Source: Oopsacas minuta (lineage: Eukaryota; Animalia; Porifera). From it: a stretch of DNA of 64,000 nucleotides. The translations under genes and the position numbers were made by a program. Positions 52,836 to 61,554 of the stretch are shown in pieces (position 1 is the first letter of the stretch; the number at the start of each line of letters is the position of its first letter). A model generated the notes under the pieces. It saw only the letters and a program-made list of their open reading frames with translations, ran no database searches and was not told the DNA's origin. The DNA lies in assembly GCA_024704765.1 (NCBI GenBank), contig JAKMXF010000365.1:496001-560000 (forward strand), given 5' to 3'.

Positions 52836-54489
52836 CTAATCGATTATTTCAATAATACTTATATCGTTGGTCTTTTGAGGTACCTTAACTATATCTATTG
52901 AAAGCAAGGAACATATAGTATGTTGTGAGGAGGAGGGGGACCCTGGAGGGGTGCATGGAGGTGCAGATGAGTTAGAACAATCAAGTATAATCTGGATAGG
53001 GGAAGAGAGAGTAGGCTTAGACGTGGGACTCCAGTGTCCATCCTCAAATAGAAAAATCTCAGAAAGATATTCTTTCCTCCCCGAAATAATCTCACGAAAA
53101 TAATCATCAATAAGTAGAGTATCATATGGAGCTGGAGTAGAGCAAATTGGACATACCCATTTCTCAGTCTCTACACCCATACGAACGAGAGCTCTACCAT
53201 CAAAACATTGTAGATGAGTACAGCTAGAAGAACGACAAGGTAATTGTATAGGAATACCCGTGAGAGGACATTTTAAGCTAAAATTGATCGAAGTTGTAGT
53301 TACAGAGAGTTCAGAATCTGACTTAAAAGCCTGTCTAATTTTCTTCTCTGTAAGAGCGAGGGGATAAACAGGCAATTTATCGATAAGTGATGGTATATCA
53401 AACTGTATCATTTCTATTGCAACATTCCATTGAGACACAACTGTATCTATGTTTGGCAGGAAATACATTTCTACGTTCTGTATATAATGTGTATCTTTGT
53501 TCAGCTGATTAGTTATGTCAATGGGTCTGCAGGTGTGTCTGTATTCAAACTTCTCAGGAGTCTGTACCAGGACTATAGATATACCATTTACTTTAAATGA
53601 GCAAATTCCTCGAGGGACTTGATCAGTGATCGGGTTGTTACTTCGCATGCAAACACGAAACACTACACGAGTAGTTAAACTAGATTCTTCCATTAACTTA
53701 CTAACTTCTGAAGGTGATAGTGTAAACCGAAAAGTAATAAGTCTCTTCTCTCTTGAGTTAGGCATTGGTTGGCAGGTTAACACATCATAGAATGGTGTAG
53801 ATATGTTCTTGCCAAGAAGAGTAGGGAAATAAATTTGTTCATAAGGTTCTGTGCGCCTAAAAATTAACAGGAATTACATACAGTCCACCCCCGTTATATT
53901 GAACACGGATATACCGAAATACCCGCTTTAATCGAAGCATGAAATTGTACAAAGATGGCCTCATATCATCAAAGTAACATAACTTCATCGATTATATCAA
54001 AGTAATTATTGCGGTTCCTTGAGCTTCGATAATAATGAGACTTGATTGTATTAGCGAATAATTTAGAAATAAACTGCTTATAATATATACTTACGAGGTA
54101 ACATCTGGACTTAACTCCGCCATAGAGTAACCATGTTGTCTAAACTGAAATCCAGGAGTAGGACCGGGACGAACATTAACCTGTGAATAGGACTTAGGAG
54201 AGGTGGAAGGAGCTAGCCGTCTATCTTGCATAGAGCTAGTAGGTACTCGTACTCTGTCTGCGTAATTACTACTATAAATTAAATTGATCTTCTCAATAGC
54301 CAGCTTGTCACTCTGAATAACTAAGTTCTTTACTGAAGTTAATACACGACTCTTATTTCCAGAAGAATTACACTTCGCTGTACGGAGCACAGCTCGAAGC
54401 TCCGCCATTTTGAATTGATTAACTTTCTGCATCATTCTGCATAAGAATGCTTCTGCGATAGGGCAGTTTCTCTGAGAGGGGTGTGTCAT
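52836..54489 (-). CDS. PIAS: PIAS-family SUMO E3 ligase (SAP - PINIT - SP-RING); 2 exons (54489-54095, 53856-52836)
   Basis: SAP-like FKMAELRAVL...SGNKSRVL, PFYDVL, PIDIT (PINIT-like), and SP-RING SLKCPLTGIPIQLPCRSSSCTHLQCFD...WVCPIC. Confidence 0.9.
53881..54048 (+). mobile_element. Tc1/pogo-type MITE family A, copy 2 (in the PIAS intron)
   Basis: TA|CAGTCCACCCCCGTTATATTGAA ... CTTCGATAATAATGAGACTTGATTG|TA. Internal sequence is shared with 33467-33583 and 56028-56136. Confidence 0.78.
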
Positions 54490-54659
54490 TTCTAATAACG
54501 GTCATAGAAATATGTCATAAATAAAGATTAATGTAATTCTGACAATAATCATCTGCCCAATATACTTTCAATTGAAATATGCCAGACTACGAAATTAAAG
54601 CTATTCACTGTATTTAACCATGGATTACTTCCAGTCTATTAAATTTGACTTCAATTGTA

Positions 54660-54845
54660 CAGTAGAACTCGGATAAGACGTACTCGGCTTAAGACGTACA
54701 CTCGGTTAAGACGTACTATTTCTTATATCCCAAAATATCAGTCATCATTATTTGTAATGCAAACATATTCGGATAAGACGTACACTCGGTTAAGACGTAC
54801 TAATTTCTGTTTCCCGAGGGGGTACGTCTTATCCGAGTTCTACTG
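54660..54845. mobile_element. 186-bp MITE with perfect 24-bp TIRs and TA target duplication (Tc1/mariner-pogo type)
   Basis: TA|CAGTAGAACTCGGATAAGACGTAC ... GTACGTCTTATCCGAGTTCTACTG|TA, with internal repeats of TCGG(A/T/C)TAAGACGTAC. Confidence 0.9.
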
Positions 54846-55032
54846 TATTTTTATCGATAAAACAAAATCGGTGAAGCTTGACTTGAATAAATGTATTATT
54901 GATAGTTAATATTTTACTGAAGCCATATTATCCAACTATTATCAGTTTGAAATGACATCGTCAGTTTGGTTAAAAGGGCAATATGTTGTTTAAAGTGCAT
55001 CATTTTTATGCTCTGATAAACTCTCACTCAAA

Positions 55033-55366
55033 ATGCAGATAGATTCATTACAGAATTTCATAGATAAATTGACCGCTACACCCGAACCAAAATTGTATAA
55101 ATCTCTGAAATATTTAGCAGTTGAATTAAATACGAAAATTCAGAATTTTCCTAGTTACCACTTCGAGGCTCTAATCTTTATAACTCGAGGTGCTTACCAA
55201 ACAAACTGGATTCAAACATGTCAACGAATTATTCAATAAATTAAAATTCAAGCGTGCAATTACAGATACAAACATTGCCTACCTTGAAGTGATATTCATT
55301 GCAATGGCTGATAGTGATCCTGATCTTAGAATATATCTGGATATTGTTAGAAATGCTTACCAGTAA
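55033..55366 (+). CDS. Candidate small death-effector-domain-like gene or pseudogene (2 segments)
   Basis: A 68-aa ORF is followed, in another frame, by TNIAYLEVIFIAMADSDPDLRIYLDIVRNAYQ*. A 46-nt GT..AG intron (weak donor GTCAAC) would fuse them into a ~96-aa helical protein resembling the DED pattern. Confidence 0.3.
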
Positions 55367-55436
55367 CTTTCACTGATATTATACATAAATATTCCTCCCA
55401 ATGTTAACTACAAATATTATAAATTCATAATTAAAA

Positions 55437-56012
55437 CTAATAAAAATCTTCTTCCCCACCACTATTATCAGATGCTATATTATCCTCTCCGTTATCAAAG
55501 TGTGTATCTGCATAATCTCCTGCTTCATCTACTCCAGATGAGTTTGAGTATATTTCATCTTCACTTCCTGAATCGCTCTTATCTTTATTTCCCTTCTCAT
55601 CTTCAGAACTGCCTTCATTTTCTCCAGTTTTTGTTGCTTTCTTAACTTTTTTAACATTCTTCTTTCTTATATTTTTCCTTTTCCCCTTTGAGTTTACCAT
55701 CATCAGTTCTAAAGGCATTCCTGTAAGATAGAAATCTTCCACTGTCTTGCGTTTCACTACCCTGTTACCAGTTCTAACTTCTAAATTACTAAGTCCAATC
55801 CGTGTATTAATACGTGTATATGTGTATTGAGATGAATAACGCATACTCTTACGGAGTTCTCTCTTAGCTCTCAGACATAATCGGTCTTCATCATGTATGT
55901 ACTGATCTATTTGGTTTATCGCATTTGCAAATTTCGAAAAAAGTTGTTCGGGTTCATTTTCTACTTTGATATTTTCGTTAGAATAAACGTTAAAGTTACG
56001 GCGATGAAACAT
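55437..56012 (-). CDS. POLR3G: RNA polymerase III subunit RPC7/C31 (POLR3G/POLR3GL); intronless
   Basis: EPEQLF, LRAKRELRKSM, MPLEL, a Lys-rich then acidic tail and the diagnostic C-terminal DYADTHFDNGED. The likely ATG is at 56012. Confidence 0.8.
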   Translation of the reverse strand: MFHRRNFNVYSNENIKVENEPEQLFSKFANAINQIDQYIHDEDRLCLRAKRELRKSMRYSSQYTYTRINTRIGLSNLEVRTGNRVVKRKTVEDFYLTGMPLELMMVNSKGKRKNIRKKNVKKVKKATKTGENEGSSEDEKGNKDKSDSGSEDEIYSNSSGVDEAGDYADTHFDNGEDNIASDNSGGEEDFY

Positions 56013-56027
56013 AGCTAAATACAAATA

Positions 56028-56136
56028 TAGCCAACCCAGTTATATCGAAGCTCAATGGACCGCGATTTGTATGTTACTTTGAGGTTTGGGACCATTTTTG
56101 TACAATTTCAGAGCTCGATATAACGAGAGTTGATTG
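56028..56136 (-). mobile_element. Tc1/pogo-type MITE family A, copy 3, filling the POLR3G/LRRC6 divergent promoter
   Basis: The reverse complement TA|CAATCAACTCTCGTTATATCGAG...TGAAATTGTACAAAAATGG...TCAAAGTAACATA...TTGAGCTTCGATATAAC matches 53881-54048. Confidence 0.75.
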
Positions 56137-56193
56137 TATGAGTTTGATATTACTTGTACATTTTATCAAATACAATATTTTCATAGCATCATT

Positions 56194-57504
56194 ATGGTAT
56201 TTATAACTGAGGATTTGATTAGAAAACGTGCTGAACATAACAACTGCGAGCTAGCTACACTAGAAGAGGTATCTCTCCACCAGTTGGACATTGAACGAAT
56301 AGAACATCTAGACAAATGGTGTCGTGATCTGAAAATACTATATCTACAATCTAACCTCATCCCAAGGATTGAGAACGTGTCTCGTCTAAAACAACTTGAA
56401 TACCTCAACTTAGCTCTCAATAACATAGATATTATTGAGAATCTAGAGGGATGTGAGTTTCTAAGCAAACTAGATCTTACACTCAATTTTGTAGGGAAGC
56501 TAAGCAGTATAGAATCTCTGTCATGTAACATACATCTAAAGGAAGTGTATTTGGTAGGTAATCCGTGTGCTAAGTATGATAACTATAGAGCATTTGTAGC
56601 TGCTGTGATACCTCAACTGGTTACACTAGATGGGATTAAGATAGAACGATCAGAGAGATTGACAGCTTGTCAGAATATTGACAGGATAAGAAAGAGTATA
56701 GCCGAGCAGGAGAGAGCTTATGCCAAAGAAAGAGAGTTGGAGAGGGAAGAGGAAGAAGAGAAATGGAGTAAGGCAGAAAACAGGAACAATGAGACTAGTG
56801 AGTCCCAAGAACCAGACAATGGAGAATTTGATCCCATGAATGACCCTATGAAATACACCCCAGAGTCCCGTGTAGCAGTACACAAGTACCTAGAAGAGCA
56901 AAGGAAACCTCAGATAGATGCGTCAAAAAGCCCACAAGAGAATTCCGAAGATGCTCCTAGACGACTTGAGATAGAAGGAAGAAGATTGAATATAAACGAC
57001 GGAAAATATAAGTTTTCTCTCAAAGACGATCCTACAGGAAAGTACAGAGTATTAGAATTAGAAGCTCCTAAATATATGGATACATCTCTTATTACTTGTG
57101 ATGTACAGCCTTACTACATACATATTACCCTAAAGGGTAAGATTCTACAATTAGTATTTCATGAATCAGATGCAGTACATCCTGATAAGAGTAAAGCTGA
57201 GCGGTGTCAGACTAGTGGTAATCTAGTGGTTACTATGAAGAGAGTTAATCCTACCTTTACTGATGAATATTTCAAAGAAATGGAACTACAGAATGAGAAA
57301 AGAGCTGGAAAGGAGTCTAGAGAAGTTGGAAGAGAATACTTAGAAGTAGATCCTAAAGCTCGTCACATGCCGGACCTTAAATGCATGACAACCGATAGCA
57401 GAAGAAGGAATGAGAGACTGTTCCTTGATGATGCACCTCTTGTTAGAAAGGGAGTAGCTAGAGAGGATTTCGTTGATGACCCAGATGTACCACCCCTTAT
57501 CTAA
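56194..57504 (+). CDS. DNAAF11: Dynein axonemal assembly factor 11 (LRRC6/tilB); intronless
   Basis: MVFITEDLIRKRAEHNN, LEEVSLHQLDIERIE, LYLQSNLIPRIENV, LVGNPC, LDG, a CS-like domain (YMDTSLITCDVQPYY...KGKILQL) and C-terminal DDPDVPPLI. The ATG is at 56194. Confidence 0.95.
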   Translation: MVFITEDLIRKRAEHNNCELATLEEVSLHQLDIERIEHLDKWCRDLKILYLQSNLIPRIENVSRLKQLEYLNLALNNIDIIENLEGCEFLSKLDLTLNFVGKLSSIESLSCNIHLKEVYLVGNPCAKYDNYRAFVAAVIPQLVTLDGIKIERSERLTACQNIDRIRKSIAEQERAYAKERELEREEEEEKWSKAENRNNETSESQEPDNGEFDPMNDPMKYTPESRVAVHKYLEEQRKPQIDASKSPQENSEDAPRRLEIEGRRLNINDGKYKFSLKDDPTGKYRVLELEAPKYMDTSLITCDVQPYYIHITLKGKILQLVFHESDAVHPDKSKAERCQTSGNLVVTMKRVNPTFTDEYFKEMELQNEKRAGKESREVGREYLEVDPKARHMPDLKCMTTDSRRRNERLFLDDAPLVRKGVAREDFVDDPDVPPLI

Positions 57505-57666
57505 CAACGATATTATATTTGGCAACCTTTTCTCTATATTAACCATAATTTCCTATACTATCTTATCCAATTACATAAATAAATAAAAATGCGTTAAATT
57601 GCAAGAGATAAAAGGAATCAGTATATATAACCGTAAGACAAGTTGAAATAAATAGTGTTTGAAAAT

Positions 57667-59367
57667 CTAAAGAATTGGGTCAGCATCGTTCCAACTTATA
57701 ACAGCTCTGTTCCATTTGGTTCTTATACATAACTCAAGGGGAGGTATAAGCGAGGAATTATGCTGGGGAGATATAGCTGTTTTTGTATCTACAGTGAGTC
57801 TTATCTGTTCTTCTTGTCTGGATAAACCATCATAATAAAGCAGATCAAATTTCTTCTCTAGTCTCCAGTCTTTGAGTAGGTTTCTATTCGTGTTGAATAG
57901 TACAGTGAAGTGACTCTCAGAGCATACCACCCAGATAGGGAATTCTGGTTCTTTGAGGTTACTGCCTACAGTACATGATCCGTAATGCTCAAACAATGAC
58001 AGCATTCCGATCTCACTAACAGATGGAATACCCTTCAATAACATAGTCATATCTCCACCAGTGTTTAACTGCATATCTCCATTGAATACGTTAGAAACTG
58101 CTCTGCCAGTTAGAAGCAGATTAACCAGCTCTTGAGTACAGTATCCGTGAGCACCTAGCATAAGACTACCAGAATCCATATCCTTGTTAATAGCTGATAC
58201 ACCACGTGACAACAGAGCTGAGTATAGGAATAGAATACATCCAGGATTTTGATTCATAAACTTATCCAAATTATATTCTAAGAAAGAGTTGAGTTCTTCT
58301 AGTCCTCTAAGCTGATGTATTTGTAAGCATTCAGTCAGCTGATCAGACTTATAGCCTGAATTAGATCCAAAATATGGTGAGGCGGCAGGTAGGACAACTG
58401 AGACACATTTATGTCCTCCTGCACGCCATAACACCTCAGCCATAGCATGCCTTAGAGCAGATTTCCTGACAGTACCCTTGGGAGTGAGAGCTTTCTCTGC
58501 AGTCTCATCGCTATGGAATAACAAGTACTTTACGATATGAGCTTGTATAACAGCAAGCAAACCACAAGGACCTCCTTTCAGCTGTATCAGGCCAAACTCA
58601 ATACCAGGTAAGTCACAGAAGAAAAAACCTTGTCTTTTCCATTCGTGATTGAAGGAGCGACCAGTTGATGAGCCGAATACAATATTACGTAATGATACAG
58701 CCTCTTTATAAGAGATCGGGTGAGATGGAACTGATGGTCTATGGGAGAGGTGTGTGTTGATAGTAGTAGGGATAGAGTTAAGATCCAAATCGTCTAAGTC
58801 TTCTAGACAGATAGACTGTGTGCGAAGAGTTGGTATGAATAGTTCTAGCGTTTCTCTCTCTACACTACGAGCTGTATCTAGTGATGAAATCTCTGTATCA
58901 GCTGTTCTTAGGAATTGAGTTTGTTTCTGTGGAATAGCAAATGAACCATTGACTAGAGTAGATTTTGCAGTGGCAGAATCATGTCTAGAGGTAGCAATAT
59001 TCCTCTTAATATCTGTATTGTTATGAGGGAGAGAAGAGGATGAATGAGTGAGGGGAAATGGTTTAGTTGAGATAGATGGATTAGTTATAGCGTGTCTAAC
59101 ATTTCTAACTAATACTTCTAAAATGGTAGATAGAGGTTTATGAGTACTCTTGTTACGTCTCATAGCATCCTCCATACCTACAGCTTGAGCTAGCTCCTTC
59201 CTACTTGACAATACTTGACCTGTTGTTACAGTCTTACACTCCTGACTGAATGCTGTTAGAGTTTGTTTTAGACCACGTCTGACTAGGAATTCCTTTATGA
59301 GAGAACTGCAGAGGACTTCTATTGAGTATATATCAGCTGTTTGTCCGTTACTGTTATCTGACTGCAT
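57667..59367 (-). CDS. MINDY4: MINDY-4 deubiquitinase (FAM188B); intronless
   Basis: N-terminal SSLIKEFLVRRGLKQT, catalytic QLKGGPCGLLA, GYCTQELVNLLLTGRAVSNVF, PIWVVCSESHFTVLF, YYDGL and PPLELCIRTKW. Confidence 0.92.
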   Translation of the reverse strand: MQSDNSNGQTADIYSIEVLCSSLIKEFLVRRGLKQTLTAFSQECKTVTTGQVLSSRKELAQAVGMEDAMRRNKSTHKPLSTILEVLVRNVRHAITNPSISTKPFPLTHSSSSLPHNNTDIKRNIATSRHDSATAKSTLVNGSFAIPQKQTQFLRTADTEISSLDTARSVERETLELFIPTLRTQSICLEDLDDLDLNSIPTTINTHLSHRPSVPSHPISYKEAVSLRNIVFGSSTGRSFNHEWKRQGFFFCDLPGIEFGLIQLKGGPCGLLAVIQAHIVKYLLFHSDETAEKALTPKGTVRKSALRHAMAEVLWRAGGHKCVSVVLPAASPYFGSNSGYKSDQLTECLQIHQLRGLEELNSFLEYNLDKFMNQNPGCILFLYSALLSRGVSAINKDMDSGSLMLGAHGYCTQELVNLLLTGRAVSNVFNGDMQLNTGGDMTMLLKGIPSVSEIGMLSLFEHYGSCTVGSNLKEPEFPIWVVCSESHFTVLFNTNRNLLKDWRLEKKFDLLYYDGLSRQEEQIRLTVDTKTAISPQHNSSLIPPLELCIRTKWNRAVISWNDADPIL

Positions 59368-59462
59368 TCTAGAGGGACTAGAAATGTTTATTACTTACGA
59401 ATAAAACTCACTAAATTCTATAAGAAATATAGTTTAAGAATTAAGATTAAAAAATAATTTGG

Positions 59463-59753
59463 TCATAATAGCAAAGGTAATTCTTTCTTGAGATTTTCAG
59501 CTAATAAATAATGTTCCTTTTTGGAATTATCTTCATTCAAACATTCAATAAACCCAATTAATCCTGCTTCTCCCTTCCCAGCTAATGTTCTGATTAATTG
59601 ATCAGCTGCATCGTCCCTACTTTTCACTTTAGAAATAGAGATATGTTCCTTTTCATTCAACAAACCTTTCTGAAACATAACAACAGCTAAAGTTTGTGGT
59701 TGAATATCTCGTTGTAGCTCGTAGTAATGAGATTTTATGATTTGATCTGTCAT
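59463..59753 (-). CDS. Small CARD-like (death-fold-only) protein, 96 aa
   Basis: IIKSHYYELQRDIQPQTLAVVMFQKGLLNEKEH..I......DAADQLIRTLAGKG..GLIGFIECL..HYLLAENL follows the CARD helix pattern. Confidence 0.7.
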   Translation of the reverse strand: MTDQIIKSHYYELQRDIQPQTLAVVMFQKGLLNEKEHISISKVKSRDDAADQLIRTLAGKGEAGLIGFIECLNEDNSKKEHYLLAENLKKELPLLL

Positions 59754-59835
59754 AACGCCTGTATCTAATCAAAATATAAAGTTCTACTAGAATTCAATTA
59801 TTCTTTTTGCAGTAAAGTTTCACCCTACAAATTAG

Positions 59836-60435
59836 ATGCCTACTGGAAGTGTACAGCACTTTTTACACGGGAGTATTAGTAGCAATGATACTTTACAAGC
59901 TCTCTTGCATTTGTTACGGGGTTTATGTGAAGATGCTGCCCGAGGTTCCATTCCTTTCCTAGACCAGGAAATATCTTATACTATACAATTAGCCACAGGC
60001 AACTCTTCTATGAGTCTACGGGCACGTCGCTCCCTCATGTACGAGGGTTATCCCTGGCTACTGACTTACTACGGACACACAGACTCAGCTGATTCCAGCA
60101 GGCTAGTGGCTGTACGTACTTGTGTACAGGCTGGTACCAGTGATGAACTACCAAAGTTCCTAAGCTGTATAGGATTCAAGAAGGACTTTGAACTCGTGTC
60201 TAAAGGTCACGTTTTTAAGAAAGGAGACATGAGAGTTATTATTAGCAAATTCTACAATCCAGTGAAAGACCCAACTCACCCAGATGGCTACCAACCATTA
60301 GCTAACGAGTATCTGGTAGAAATGTCAGCTGTTAGTCCAAAGTTCTGTGAGGTTCTAGCTAGAGAGATGCACACATTCGCAGAGCAGCTGAAACCACTTG
60401 TTTATTTCGAGAAATTTATCCCAGAATCTTTATAA
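59836..60435 (+). CDS. MED18: Mediator subunit 18; intronless
   Basis: FLHGSI...LLHLLRGLC, FLDQE, LRARRSL, L.YYG, VRTC, FLSCIGF..DFELVSKGHVFKKG.M, YLVEMS and FAEQLKPLV. Confidence 0.92.
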   Translation: MPTGSVQHFLHGSISSNDTLQALLHLLRGLCEDAARGSIPFLDQEISYTIQLATGNSSMSLRARRSLMYEGYPWLLTYYGHTDSADSSRLVAVRTCVQAGTSDELPKFLSCIGFKKDFELVSKGHVFKKGDMRVIISKFYNPVKDPTHPDGYQPLANEYLVEMSAVSPKFCEVLAREMHTFAEQLKPLVYFEKFIPESL

Positions 60436-60580
60436 ATTGAATTATAAATATATTATATCATCCTATGAGATTAATTTGGAATTAATGACACGACGAATTG
60501 CTTTGAGGCATAATTATAATAATCCATAATCAATTGTATATTCAATACAATATAATTAGCATAAATTTAATGTCCTAATA

Positions 60581-61408
60581 ATGGCTAAACTCTTCGAGAA
60601 AAACACCGCACTAGTAACAAAGTTATATTCCAGTAGATGTGATTCTCTGTATAGTATTGGGAAACAAGGCAGAGGGAGGAAAGAGACCAGATTCATTGGA
60701 GGAATATCATTGGATGAATACCTCAATATTTTTATCGTTGATCATGGTAACACGAGAATACAAATATTCACATTTGAAGGATATTTCATAAGTAACTTTG
60801 GTGGAGATTTATTATCATCTCCTTACGCTATAGCCGTTAAAAGCAATGTTGCTATTATAAGTGATGTCAGATTGAAATGTGTGATAAAGTTCGATGGTAA
60901 CGACTGTACTAAAGTAATTAGGAGTGATATGAGGGAAGTTAAAATGCCAATGGGAGTAACTATAGATGGAAATTATAATATATATGTAGCTGATGCTAAA
61001 CGGAATAGTGTAGTGGTTCTGAATCAAGATTTAAGATTTATAATAGAACTGGGGAAACATGAACTCAAATGCCCTAGGGATGTGAAGATACATGGAAACA
61101 ATATAATAGTATGTGATAATGGTGTACATAAGAACGTACATATATTCAACAAGGATGGAGAGTTAGTGAGGAGTATATTTAAGTTAAAGCAAGGGAATAG
61201 TTCCCTTTTCATGTGTATTGATAAATTAGGTAATATCGCGGTTTCTGACAAGGTAAACAGAGAAATATCTATCAGTACTTTTAAAGGCAAATTGTTTCAA
61301 CAGTGGTTTACTTCAGGGAGACCTGCTGGTATAGAGATAACTAAAGACGGACTGATTGTAAGAGCTAATTACGATTTTGGACTAATTTACATTCATAAGG
61401 AAAATTGA
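60581..61408 (+). CDS. Stand-alone NHL-repeat beta-propeller protein; intronless
   Basis: Repeated NHL blocks: GISLDEYLNIFIVDHGNTRIQIFTFEGYFI, PYAIAV, PMGVTIDGNYNIYVADAKRNSVVVL, PRDVKI and CIDKLGNIAVSD. Confidence 0.85.
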   Translation: MAKLFEKNTALVTKLYSSRCDSLYSIGKQGRGRKETRFIGGISLDEYLNIFIVDHGNTRIQIFTFEGYFISNFGGDLLSSPYAIAVKSNVAIISDVRLKCVIKFDGNDCTKVIRSDMREVKMPMGVTIDGNYNIYVADAKRNSVVVLNQDLRFIIELGKHELKCPRDVKIHGNNIIVCDNGVHKNVHIFNKDGELVRSIFKLKQGNSSLFMCIDKLGNIAVSDKVNREISISTFKGKLFQQWFTSGRPAGIEITKDGLIVRANYDFGLIYIHKEN

Positions 61409-61554
61409 ATATTTTAATATGTGTTATCTGCGTTTTAGCTAGCACCTTCAATTTAAGGGGGGGACTTATGGAACCCTCCTCCCTGAACTCTGAGGTTGGA
61501 TCCAACCCTTTATTTACTTGACAATTATTCTATATCTTTATGAATATTTTAGCT

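Noticed and set aside
61456-61509. G/C-run GGGGGGGACTTATGGAACCCTCCTCCC...GGATCCAACCCT between NHL and PIGT
   Set aside because: Resembles a DNA-transposon end relic but has no partner end or second copy in the window.
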